From positions 4,216,001-4,280,000 of the forward strand of contig JBHGNT010000004.1 in the NCBI GenBank assembly GCA_043228905.1: a stretch of DNA of 64,000 nucleotides. The letters run 5' to 3'. How positions within the stretch are numbered: position 1 is the stretch's first letter; each line of letters opens with the position of its first letter. The position numbers were made by a program, and so were the translations under genes. Positions 13,130 through 26,580 of the stretch are shown one piece after another. A model generated the notes under the pieces. It saw only the letters and a program-made list of their open reading frames with translations. It made no database searches and had not been told where the DNA came from. This DNA comes from Azolla caroliniana. Lineage: Eukaryota; Plantae; Polypodiophyta.

Positions 13130-16100
13130 TATGCCTCATTAGCCTTCATTTTAATCATTTTTGTATTGTGCAAATGTTTGATATGTAGTTGCAAGAGGAG
13201 ATTACTACCAAGGTCGGATTATTAAAAGCTCAATTGTGTCTTTTGAGATGATTCTAGTCAATGAATTTGTGAAATGCATACAAAAATGTCATTTGTTTTA
13301 CCAAACTTCAACCTATCATGAATAAGGTAATAAATTTGATTGGATCAAGAAGTTCTGTGATAACATCTTCCTTTGACAAATTGGCTTACTCATGCAAGTG
13401 TTTTGAATTGTTTCTTCCTTCTTGGCGATGCATCTCACAGATTTTGCTTTTTCATTCTTCACATCATTTTTATGTGTGAAGGAACACATTATTCATATTT
13501 TGCTCATCTACGTTTTCAAATGGAGTACTATTAAGTTTCCTTTCTAAGCCATTAGTGGTATGATTTGGAGGGTCAAATCAAACGAGTGTCACAATGAGTT
13601 ATAATAATGTGAAATAGACATCAATTTAATTATTACTTGTGATTTCTTTATCCACCACTACGACAATCCACTTCATGGCACCATAGTGCACTTTGTTTTT
13701 CTTGTGGTTATGGTTAGTTTGCACTTCACCGCGTTTCATGAAATTCATATTCGTTACCATTAAGAGAAAATAATTATAATTTGTTTTGAGTTCCTCAATC
13801 CCGCACACACACACACTCTCACTCTGAAGTGCACATGTTAATATGATTAATCTCATTGCACAAGTCATATACGTTCATGGGATTTTTGTCTTTTGTTCTT
13901 TATTTTAGTGTTGTGATGTTATGTTAATGATTTGTCACTTTCCTTTTCTTTCTAGAAGTGGATTATATTTTTAGATGCAAGCAAGCAATGGCACCTCATC
14001 TAAATAGCAAAAGCAACAAGATCTACTTGTGTGACTTTATACTTTTCATGATTCTTCGTTGCTCTTTAAACTAATTCATTGGCATTTTCCTTCTCATCAC
14101 GTAAATCATGTATCAAAATGACATTCCATGGTTTTTTACGTTTAGATTTCATCATTGTTTGATTTTTTCATAATTGTTCATTATGGCAAAATTCTATCGG
14201 AAGAAAGAGTAGACATGACCTGTCAAATACACCATGTAAAAAAAACATGGTCAATACAACTGCTTATTGATGTTGGATATCAGGAAAGAATGTCCACAAT
14301 TGATTTTCACAAAATAAACTCGTACATCTCAAATAATTCTTAAAAAAAAAACACAGGCTGTATATCACCATGGCAAAAAAAGATTGCACATGTTGTGCTA
14401 GTGTGGGAATATAATTGAAGTTGATACTTGAATACACAGCTTATGGCAAAGGTCTTATATTATATGTTGTGCACATGGTTGCGTGATTTACAGAACAAGG
14501 CACGAGAATGTTTCATGCACAAACTACTTAAAAGTTTACACATTGAAATTTGAAATCTTACAATAAAAAAGTGAAATCGATCTACTTGGTGCACACCATT
14601 TTTTACATTGACTCAATTGGCCAATAAAATATAACTTGATGTGAGGCGAGCTTTTACATGTTGTTTAAGCCTATCGCTAATATCGAGGATGTAAGTTTGA
14701 AAGTAGGCAAACATCTTACAGGTAACCCGAGATCTCCATGTAACACAATGTCAACGCGGCATAATTGTGCCATATAGATTGCCCCATGTCGTGGATGCTC
14801 GTGCATAGCGAATTTCCAATAAGAAAATTTTGGTACATTGTTTTATTCCCGCGTTCGGTTTATTTGTGGATTCAGCTCTTTGGCGATCAATCTTATACTG
14901 TTTGTTGTGCGTAAGTGTGACCTATTTTTTTACAAATGAGTAAAGAAAATGCTTCATGCACAATTTACTTAAAGTTCACGCATACTGAATCCTACACTAT
15001 AGGGCATAGAGAAATTTGTCTCCTATTTGCAACTCACTTTCGGTAAAACCCATCATCACATTATTGTTTTTTCAACAATGCTTTGCATGTGTTGTTCTCT
15101 GGCGCGTTAGTATAAGGTTGCAAAGTTTTTACTTGTTCATGCTCAAACTATTGACGAATACAAAGTTTCATTAGCGTCCTTAGTTTTGAAGAGAAAGATG
15201 AAAAGAAAGAGCTATATTAAATTGCATGTTCACAGGGGAGATTAGGTGCATTTATGTAGGGATTAATGATAGGATTAGTGGGAACTTAATATGTTTCATG
15301 ATTAATCATCGACTGATGGTAAGATGATAGTAAGACGAATTTATGAAAAAAAGAGGCTTTGTTTGCAGTTTGTGTGACATGTGAGCATATTCTAGTTATT
15401 TCTGCGTTTCAAAATACAACAACAAAATGGCACCTAGGTATATGTGAGCAAGAGGTTAGATCCACTAATAAGTGGAAAATATTATGAGAACACATATATT
15501 ACCCCTTTTCTGTTACAAGCCCATATATATATATATTTGTTGGGCACAATGCTTCACAAATCACACATATAAAATGCTCTTCATAGGGAGAATGCACGTT
15601 TACACCATCCTTTTATTAAATGAGCTTCGATTGTTGTTGTCCTGCGCTCTAGACATTCCTCGGTCATAGCGAGTATGGCGGACTTGCGACTCATTTAAAA
15701 ATGGTGAAATATATCATCCAAGTTTGGTTCCATTTAAACAAAGGGATCAAACTTCTTTTTTGGTATCATAGTTATAGCCATCATCCGCATTTAGACAAAA
15801 AAGCTGTCTTCCATTATTTTAGTACACAACAACAAAGAGAAATAATCTTTTACAACGCCCTCTTAATCATCATTCTCTTCGTCGCCCACCCCAATTACAT
15901 ATAGGAGTGTGGACTTATGAAAAAAATGCGCAAAGACAAATGCACTTGCAAACACACGAAAAACAATAGAAGTGTTGATGCATTTCTAATGTTAATTCGA
16001 ACTCTTAATATGGCCTTACTAATGCCCTTGTTGTATTGATGTCCTACATTTCTTGCCTTGTTTCTACAACATTCTATGTTAACACGCCATCATTTAACGA

Positions 16101-16691
16101 CTGTAAGTGGGCCTAATCGAGAGCGCACATTGGGTAAAGCTCAATTAGTTATGCAATCCACCAAATAATGAAGCCACTACTACGTTTCATCAATGATGAA
16201 TAAATATGGATAAGTGCTTGGACGGAGTGTCCAAGTAACAAACATACGTCCAATAAAGAGTGGATTCACAAAAATAAGCGAATCACATATTGACCAAAGA
16301 CATGGCAGTTGGCCTGATGAGACGGTGAAGAATCAGTGTGGCGTATGTTCACATGGCACTGGTAAAATTTTATGACCTTCAACACTAGTAAGTCAGCGAG
16401 TGAAGCTAGAAGGCAACAATTTGTTCATGAGTTCCTCAACAAAGCCTTAAATGAAAATCATCAATCTGTCAAAGTCACCACATGACATAGCTAAGAAATG
16501 TGGTAATGAAATGCACTAAAGTTATGGAGATGACTTGCAAGCCAAAACTATACATATATAGTAGTCTATGATGATGAAGATGATGGTGATGATCCATTCC
16601 CATCCATCCATCCATCAATGGTGAGAGAAAAAAATGTATTTGCACCAAACCCCAATTCTACATGAATTCATTCTAAAACCATGACTTATAT

Positions 16692-16811
<120 letters not shown>

Positions 16812-17314
16812 GGAGTTAGTTTTTTCCCCTCAACTTAAAGCTCTCTCTCTCTCTCTCTCCTATGTCATCATCATCTGGGCCGGTTGATCCTATTGGAAGC
16901 CATTTGTAACCCATTAGAGCTCCCCCCATCATTATGTTAGAGAGAGATGCAGAGTATATAGAGACAGACAAAGGACATAGAAGCATGACTATGAGCAGAT
17001 TCACCATTACAGAAGAAAGAAGAAAAAACTCCTCCGCAACCTCATAATCCCATTGTCTTTCCCATAGAGAATAAAGAAAACGGAATATTCTTCTCAATTT
17101 CTCTTTAATTCTCTCCGCCCCTCTTCACTCGATTGATTCGTGCTTCTATTTGGAGCTCATTTTGCATGGTGTAGCCATCAGCAGAATAACAACAACAAGA
17201 GGAAGTATTGCGCATAAATTGAGTACTACGAAGAAGAAAGAAGGAAGCATTGGGCGTAAGAAAATTAACAAGAATATATATTTCTTTCTTTGTTTCTCAA
17301 GAGAAAGAAGAATC

Positions 17315-19692
17315 ATGGACATAGGATGGCCTACCAATGTCAGACATATAGCACATGTTACTTTTGACAGATTCACTGGATTCTCAGGCCTTCCTGTGGA
17401 GCTGGAACTCGAGGTCCCTCGTCGCGTCCCTAGTGCAAGGTGCCTTTTTTCAAAATTTGTATGCAAATTGTTTGTATATAGCAGGATTACAATACTTTTT
17501 TACAAAATATTTGATACCATTCTTGAATATGTGCCCAAGGTTCTTGTCTTTGAGTATAGCATGCATTTACAAGTTTTCTCATACCACCCTTGAATATATG
17601 AGTAGGATTCTCAGATAGGATATCATGCTTTCTTCAATTTTGGTTACATAACATTCTTGAGTAGAATATGTGAGGTTCTTGAATATGTGTGTAGTTCTCT
17701 TTTGTACAATGTTTCTGGCGCCATTCTTGACTATGGTGCAATATGAGTATGAGATAATTACAGTTTCTTAATTCTGATACTGTTCTTGAATATATGGATG
17801 GCTATTGGTCTTGAATGCTTTCATGGGGTTTTGGTGCTTCTGTTGTAGTGTTAGTGTTTTCGGGGTATCGGCTGAGTCCATGCAGTGTTCTTTTGATGGA
17901 CGAGGAAATAGTGTTCCCACGATTTTGTTGCTTTTACAAGAGAGGCTATATGAGCAAGGTGGTTTGCAGGTATGGCATATATCATAAACATTAATGGATC
18001 AAATGTTTTAAATACTGACATCTACAATACTTGTTTGTATTATTATGGCCAAAATGCAGTCCATATCAAATACATTTCACAGATAATATCAAAAGGGCTA
18101 AATATATCCCATGAAACCTTAAAACTATAATGGTATTGGGCTAATAGAATATTATTAGTTTAATGTTGACGAATATTATTAGAAATTCTTAAAGTTCTTA
18201 AAATATTGCTAGAAAATTCATAAACTTTAATCAAATATTACTAACAAGTTCCTAAAAACCTGGTAGCCAAATCTGAAAACCTTGGGAAGCAGACATTAGG
18301 TGACATTCACTCCTGTTTACGTCCTTGCATATTCATGGATCTTTACTAGCATAGATGGTACTCATATATACAAATCCTGTTTGCTTGATCAAGGCCGAAG
18401 GTATATTCCGAATTAATCCTGAAAATAGCCAAGAGGAGCAAGTTCGAGATCACTTAAACAAAGGCATTGTGCCATATGATATCGATGTGCATTGCCTGGC
18501 AGGTCTTATCAAGGTTGGCTAATATTCTTTTCTTCGATTTCCATTGAAATCTTCTCACTCAACTTACCAGAATGATTATTGAATATGTTTCTTGATATAT
18601 AATGTAGGCGTGGTTTCGAGAACTACCAAAAGGTGTACTTGATACTCTAACTCCCCAACAAGTAATGGAATGCCATAGTGAAGATCGATGCATTGCCATA
18701 ATTCGGACACTTCCCCCCACAGAAGCTGCGCTATTAAATTGGGCTGTCAATTTGATGGCTGATGTTGTACAGGAGGAACGGTTCAATAAAATGAATGCAC
18801 GAAATGTCGCCATGGTGTTCGCCCCCAACATGACTCAGGTCTTTAGAGTTCCATATATTAAGTTTTCGTACTTCAGGGCTCCTAGAGATTAGTGGTCAAG
18901 GTTTATGGTTTAGGGCTGAGGTTTATGGTTTGGGTTTAAGGGTTTACAGTTTAGGGTTTAAGGTGTAGGGTTTATGAATTTGAGGTTCGGGGTTCAGGGG
19001 TCCTTGTTTCATGGCTATTACCAAGACAGAACCTCACCTCTCATTTTTTTTTTGTGCACACTGATCAGATGTCGGATCCACTGACAGCATTGATGCATGC
19101 AGTGCAAGTCATGAACCTTCTGAAGAATCTTATTGTTCGAACAATAAAAGATAGAGAGAAATATGATCTACCTTCCACTTCGCAAAGAGAGCCTCAAGAT
19201 GAGGATGATAGCGGTTCAGAGTTGGATTCAAGTGGAACCAAAATGAGGAACTTACCTTTTGTTGAGGATGATGGATTCTCTTTTAAAGAAGATAACGAGG
19301 CATATGATAAATTTGGCACTCCTAATGGTTCAAAACAGATGGCTATAATTAAAGAGAAGAGAGATGAAGATGAGGTCTCAATGGAAAGCCAAGGACCATT
19401 TTCGAGTGGGTCGAGATCAAGCACATGGGATAATATAGATGTGAATCTCCGGATGGTTGATGATTCCAACAAGAATGACGAAATGGATGGCACAACTGTA
19501 AAACCTCCATGTTTGCACAATGGCACTAATGAACTTAATAGTGGCAAGAAAACCTTGGGGTTTGTTGAACATACCAGTTCTGATACCAAAAGTTTTGCCC
19601 GCTGTCCCGTGCCAAAGTCAGTACGGTCCAAAGGAAAAGCTAAGGTGGTAGAAGAAATAAAACAACAAAATGGAAGAGTTGAGGCATGGTAA
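17315..19692 (+). CDS. ROPGAP: CRIB-domain Rho GTPase-activating protein (RopGAP). Exons: 17315-17439, 17849-17969, 18394-18513, 18608-18838, 19069-19692
   Basis: CRIB motif MDIGWPTNVRHIAHVTFDRF. RhoGAP core with AEGIFRI (arginine finger), AGLIKAWFRELP, NKMNARNVAMVFAPN and DPLTALMHAVQVMNLL. C-terminal RVEAW. GT-AG junctions are in phase. Confidence 0.93.
18895..19000 (+). repeat. Degenerate interstitial telomere-like (TTTAGGG)n tract in the last RopGAP intron
   Basis: Roughly 7-bp periodic variants TTTAGGG, TTTATGG, TTTAAGG, TGTAGGG and TTCAGGG. Confidence 0.7.
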
Positions 19693-22099
19693 GATAAACT
19701 TGTTTCCTCTACTCTCATATGTTTTTCTCTCCAGGGTAGAGTGTATTATTCATGAAGACGTTTGGGTTTCCTTTCATGGTTTATATTGACATCCATTCAG
19801 GTATATGTTTACCACTATGGAAACTCCAAACTTTGTAGCAATACGAGTTGGTGATGGGATGAGACATTCATTCTCCTTGGGTTTCAGGGCATAACCCATA
19901 AAGATCATCTCAGTCAGTAATGACTGGATCTTTGACAAATTTATAGATGTTGTCGTGCCTTCTAATGGGGGACGTTAAAAGTTCGGATTTAAAAAGTAGG
20001 GATCAGTTAAAGAATATTTTGATAAACAACCACAATTTTTTGGTTTCTCATTTGCTTAATTTTTTTCTGTTCGAATTTAAAATAGAGGTAGGAATTTATG
20101 TTGAAGCACCTTTTCTTTTTTAACTCTACCAAAGTGTAGCATGGTATGTGGGTGGATGCTCACTTGGAAAAACAGTTTTTGATTAGACAGAAAATATTTT
20201 CCTTCAGATGTTAAGCTTTGGATAGAATGTTGTGATGAAAGCGCAAAGCTGAAAGTTACTAAGGCATAAAGCAAAGTCATGGAAATTTCTAATCATAGTT
20301 AATGCCCACACCATGCAATGCTTTCTTGGGCATATTCAGGTCAATGATAACTCTCTCGCAAAATCTCCAATTATAGATAATAGATATACTTCATACAATT
20401 CCTGTTAAGGTAATAACAATATTCTTTCTTGAATATGTCAAGTAAATGGTTTTTATATACAGATAGATACATTCAACATCAACTGAGGGAAAACAATCAG
20501 CAGATATAAACAAACCTAAATATGCATTAGTGGAAATAAGTCCTTTATATTTTCATGTTGATCTGGCCTTTAATATCACTAATTTCTTTGCATGTTCATG
20601 TGTTTCTGCGAACACATTTTCTTTTGCATTAATTTCATTCAATTATCTATAATGTATATGAAATTTGCTCCTATATAAGTCTCAAGCTAGTTTCACAGAG
20701 GTGCTTCAAAGCAATATTGGAATTAGAAAGAATGCACTCCCTTTGTGTCTGTTTTTGGTGATTCACTCATTTAATTTTATAATCATAAGCATGTACTTCC
20801 AGTTGGTATGCAGCAACAATACCTACCACCCATGATACTCCACTTATAATGTATTCATGCATGAATACAGCACCATAGCATTAGCATGGATAAGCTTTCT
20901 AGAAGGTCCTATTAGATTGTAACCTATATTCTTATTTCATGTAATAAGGTCCTATTAGAAAAATGATGAAAACAAACATCGGTTATGCTTGATTAGGGTG
21001 GTTGCACTTTTTTGAATAATATTGCAACATATTGAAACTTTATAAAAAGATAAACCAAATGTAAAGCTATTGTTGTAGTGGAGTAGATATGAGTTTTAAA
21101 AAGAGCCATTTCTTTAGTTAATATTCAGGTATGAAAACTTTTTTCTTTTTCACATGTGTACAATGTTGCAATGTTAACATTGGTTTTGGTTGATGTGGTG
21201 CAGGCAAAGGAGTGATAACAATAATGTTCGTGTTGGTTATTATGATAATGCTCATACTGAAAACATAGAAATGGTGAGGCCTTCAAAAACAGATATGAGT
21301 AAACAAAATAGTAGCTTTTTAAGAGCCAATTGAATATATCATGAGACTCACAATTACTCCTTTGTGCTGTAGCTTTCACATACAATGAGTTCAAATGTTA
21401 CTGTTAAAACGACAATTGGGCATGAAATCAAGAGGACCCGAAAGCAAGTCAAGCGTCAATTATATTATCATTTTCCACTAGAAGTATAACATAAAAGAAT
21501 GTAAACACCTTTACATACAAGAAATGATAGTCTTTTTTCATATTTGCTAAATTTTTGGTATAGTGTTTTCAACTAGATAGTCTGTAAGGCATTTCACACC
21601 TCAACATTAGTAGTTGAGTGAGTGTATGGAGAGGGAAAGGTTGATTGGGCCAAAGTGGACATGGATGTACCCCGTTCATTTCATGCATTGATTCAATGTA
21701 CTGATTTGAACATGGTATAGTACTGAAGGCCTTCTCAGAATGAGAATTTTAGCTTGAGAGAAGTATTCAGGCTAAGGACTCAATAATAGAGTAGCATTGC
21801 AATCCCAAATCCTCACTGTTATGAACTGTGAAACTGAGTTAATGTGAAGTTGTTACATTTCAACTATCTTTTCTATTTTATATTTGGCTTTGTTTAGTCA
21901 ATAGTTCAATTATTTGCATTGGAAGATGGATTGAAAACGAATTTGTTGTATTTTAAGTATTTTATTTTTTCTTAAAATTACTAGAACCATAACTTTATTG
22001 GAGAAGATGGGTGATGAGAATCCTGTTGGCCTCATGGTCTGGTCATGAAAGCCATAGATTGAGAACTCAAACCCCACTCATTATCAGGTTGGTATAAGC

Positions 22100-25000
22100 C
22101 TAAACTTGGGGTAACATTCTTTGCATCTTCATGTTTGAAACCCGTGCTAAGCTCAGTGGAGATTGTGAAGTTGATGGCTGCAAGGAAGGTGGTACAAAGT
22201 CTGGTTGACCAGTGGAGGTAACACATCGATGCCACATATTACTGTTTGGGTCTACTCTCCGTGCCTTTTTAATGACTTGAGGAATTGGTAAATAACAATA
22301 ATGAGTATTCACAAGTCCAACAGTAATATTTGTGTATCCGGCAAATGCACCATGGACCTGTCAAACAGTACATAGAAAGTTCTACATTTAGGCACCTTCC
22401 ACACTGCAGTGGAGGAAGAGAGGAAAGGGAATCAGAAGTTTCCCACTCCTAAGAACCCATGCACACTAGGTAGCGGAACCAGTATTAATTTTCTTGTCTG
22501 CTGTACCCCTGGCCCCACCATTTGTACCTAGGGAGTAATCTCAATTGAAAAAACTCATGTTTCGGAAGAGGTAGCACTTCCTGTTTTGATTAGTTGTATG
22601 TGTAGAGGGGAGTGGAAAAATTTGAAACGTAAAGAGAGATGAAAGAGACTCGACATAGCATTGGCTCCACCTCGCCTATTATATGCTCTAGCTTTATATA
22701 TGACATGAATGGCTCATGCAATAGAATATGATACATACAGCATTCTGGCCAAGAATAGTACAGAGGATGTGATCAGCTGCATTGCAAGGTCTCGCTCGAA
22801 TCATGTATGTAGGATCAATATATTTCACATCTGCAGGCATGCCAGCCTTCTTGAAGTAATCTTTAACCTGAATTTATATCCATTTTCATATTGAAAGCTT
22901 AGCAACCTAATGAATCTAAACAAACATGCAACATTTCAAGAAGCAATGATATTATTATGTCAATGAATATGGAAGGCAGTTTGGCATAACCTGTGTAACA
23001 AACCACTTCCCAACATCATTGAGGGCAGGGTTTCCAGATGCATCTGTGATCCCCGTATTTTCGAAGAATGACTTCCATATGATTGAATTGCAAGTAAGAT
23101 ATGTTGAAAAAATGGATATTATTCATTACAGAATTGTTCAGTTTATATATGGAATTATTTATTTCTTTAAATTCAATTACCTGACCAGCACCTTCTGCTA
23201 TAACAATCACACATGAACCATTTTTTAAAATTCTATTTTTCATATATTGCAACACTCCATATCTTCCCTCAACCTCAAATGGAACCTACACCATTCTTGA
23301 AACATATTTTTGAAAATGATGTTCAGACATGTAAACGGGAGAGGTGAGAGACCATAAATTAAAGCCAGCGAATTCAGCCTTATTACCTCAGGTATGAGAA
23401 CTGCATCTACTTGACCACTTGCTATGGTTGCATTCATTGCAATGAACCCACTCTGTCTACCCATTAACTTTACAATACCAATGCCATTATATGCACTGCT
23501 TGCCTACTCCATGCAACATGGAAAACTCTTTGAGTAACACAATATTTTTTACTATTGAACATACTAAATTACAGAACATAATGAAACAGTTTCTGCTTAT
23601 GCACATAATGTAAATTTAAAAGACAGATAACAATTTGACTACCTCCACATACGCTGCATCAATAGCTCGTGTAGCCTCTTCAACAGCCGTATCAAATCCA
23701 AATGTTCTCTCAACCAGAAGAATGTCATTATCTATAGTCTTGGGAATACCCACTATCACAATTTTTAATGCCCTGTGGTGGCACTATTTATCACAACAAG
23801 ATGTTAGTATACCCCTTGTATTGGAAGGTTTGATAGATTATTTAATTGACAAATGCTTACCACTTGGTAGATTGCATTGGCAGCTGCATGTGAACCATTA
23901 CCACCTATAATGAATAACATATTGATGCCTAATTCCTGTAAAAAAGAAACATTCTTCCTCCATGATCTGAATATGATCTATTGTTGAACTTGATGGATGT
24001 AAAGCCTATGACAAATCAATGTATATTCAACCTCTAACTTGTCCACAATTGCAGTAACATCAGGAATCCCACGTGATACACCCAAGAAGCTACCACCGCG
24101 GATGTTTATTCCTTGCACTAGTTTTCTTGTCAACTGTTTCACAAGATATTTACATTATAACTCAACATAGGTGTATAAGGATGTTACAGATTAAAGAAAA
24201 TGTTCAATATTTACTTGAATTGGTTTCAAGTCCTTGTCAACAAATCCCCGAAAGCCATATTGAATGCCTATCACATCACTGACACCATAGACTTCAAGTG
24301 TAAATGCTATCTGTGAATAACAGTTCCTTCATTAGTTATAATCTCTAGTAGAAAAAAAGTAAATAAGAATGCACTTTTATGCTGTAATTAAATACACACT
24401 AGTATAGTTTACTACTTACTTGCCTAATGACATCATTCAGACCAGGACAAAGGCCCCCACAAGTGACAATAGCTGCCCTTACCTATCAAGAATCATATTT
24501 AAAGTTTTGTCAGTTTTGTAATATCAACAAAACCAACCAAGACTGATTTTGAGCATTAGTTACAGTGGCTGGATGGAAGAAAATCCATGCACGGGGTCCT
24601 GCACGATGAGTCCTGTAGAATCTAAACAGTCAAGAAATGAGCTCATTCCTGTTTACCGGAATCCTTGAATTCAACATTATTATTTAACAATGACAAAGGA
24701 AATAATGAAGGGAATGTCCCAGTATTTAGCAGAACATAAACATTACCAGAATACCACTATACACCACAAAATTCACTACTACAGAGGTATTTAGGTAATT
24801 TACATATAAAGGGGGGTATTTTTGTATTTGTTTTTCTCAATAATGAAACATTGACTCAGTATAGTTAAGGTTTTGGAGCTTACCAAGTAGGCTTGAATGA
24901 CCAGTCCAATTGTTCATCAAGCTCTACTCCAGCAGAAGTAGGGTGTCCATAATGCACTACCTACAAAAGGTTAATACAAAAAAACATAAAAATGTTGTGC

Positions 25001-26513
25001 ATAGTCTGAGCATTGCAATATTTGTTAATATAAAACACAAAAACAAATAGATCCCGTTTCAACCTTCAATAATACACGATCATCATCGTGAACAAATAGG
25101 CGTCGCATATCATGTACATCATCAGTTTCTGATTCTCCATCTGCATCATCTAGAGGCAGTGGGTCTGGGAACGGTATACTGAAAGCCCACAGAGAAAATC
25201 AATTGGCTTAAAATAATATCGAACTCGATGGTGCTTAGATCTATCAGAAACAGTTTATGGCCTAGACTGAAGACAATATTTTGGTATGTGCCTTGGGACT
25301 ACAGTAACCAAAACAAGTTTTCAAATTTCTTCTGAGTTATAAAACTAATAAAATATTTCTACGTTGATCTTTGTAATGAGATACATGGAAATTATCAAAA
25401 ATATGTTCATATGTATTATAAATTGAAAGCATATCGTTGGATTGAAATGATCAGGAATAGATTAATAATAAGAAATTGAGCCTGCCTTACATGCTCCACT
25501 TAGAACCTTAATTTGCAAATTATGCTTCAGTATGCATGTCTTAACAGAGAGAATTAGAATCTCAATTCAAAATTTAGTGGCTTCAATTAAAGTAATAGCC
25601 CAAATACATCTCATGTACCTTATATTGGTTATATTTTAGCTTACTCCTCTTTCTATGTGATTAAGAACCTAAATTTGAGCTAGCATACACAGGTAACTTT
25701 AAAAAGACGCAAGCATACTTTTTCCTTTCTAATAAATATACGCATATTTTAGCAATTTTCTTTAATTTATAATTTTAAAACAATGGAAAATATTCTCAAT
25801 TTGAGCAACATCCAGATATTCGAGTCTTGAACTCTAAACCGGAATTTGAGCTATGCTAATGACGAGCATATCTCAAAGTTAAAGGATCATGAAGTGCAGG
25901 AAATATCAACATGAACATCAAGACAATTAAAAAAGAATAGCAACTATCCAACATGTTTTTCGTACATGGTAAAGGATTAGAAATAGTTGGTCTATTTCCA
26001 AGGGACCATTACACTGGATATTTCTGGCTCAATTTATGAAGGGAAGATGAGAATGAATAAAACTCTAGTCGCAGAAAAAGATAATGTTGGACACGGAACC
26101 AAACATTATCACTAACAACACGCACAGGAACCAAACATCAATTCATCTCCTTTCCCCCATTTTGAGCGACTGAACATGGGTATTAGGGGGGATATAAAAG
26201 ACAAAAACACAGGATTATTTGCGAGTTTTCACCCATAAATAAACATAACTTGCTAAATGCTTGACATTTAAAATGTATATAATGGACCATAGAATCATAT
26301 AAAAGGCTTTCATGCAATTACCTAAACACGAAGGAGGCGGAACAAATCCATGAACATACTGAAACAGACGAGAGACACAAGAAATCTTGAGGGAGTGTGG
26401 TAAGATTTAAGGACATACCCGCATTTGGAGCGATAGGTAGAGGAGATGGGAACGAGAGGGAGGAAGTCGCCGACGTGGTCTAAATCGAGTCGATCTTCCT
26501 CAGCTACTGCCAT
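22100..26513 (-). CDS. PFK: ATP-dependent 6-phosphofructokinase, plant group B, PFK5-like. 14 exons: 26513-26419, 25178-25064, 24960-24884, 24612-24564, 24482-24420, 24310-24215, 24133-24032, 23935-23861, 23783-23643, 23503-23387, 23285-23181, 23071-22991, 22867-22739, 22357-22100
   Basis: Motifs [39 protein letters not shown] (ATP-type), [44 protein letters not shown] and [13 protein letters not shown]. The segment [13 protein letters not shown] is PFK5-like. Splice phases are consistent. Confidence 0.93.
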
Positions 26514-26537
26514 CGCGCTCAGAAACAGACGCTGTTA

Positions 26538-26580
26538 GAGACAGAGACAGAGACAGAGACAGACAGAGACAGAGAGAGAG
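26538..26580. repeat. (GAGACA)n hexamer repeat in the PFK 5' leader
   Basis: About six visible copies just upstream of the ATG. Confidence 0.85.

Noticed and set aside
16005-16045. YGLTNA-like RT fragment
   Set aside because: Six-residue resemblance only, with no flanking RT motifs.
19194-19718. 174-aa antisense ORF
   Set aside because: Shadow of the RopGAP last exon.
22388-22680. Possible MITE in the last PFK intron
   Set aside because: Only short imperfect inverted matches (TAGGC/GCCTA, CCACTCC/GGAGTGG) and no convincing TSD.
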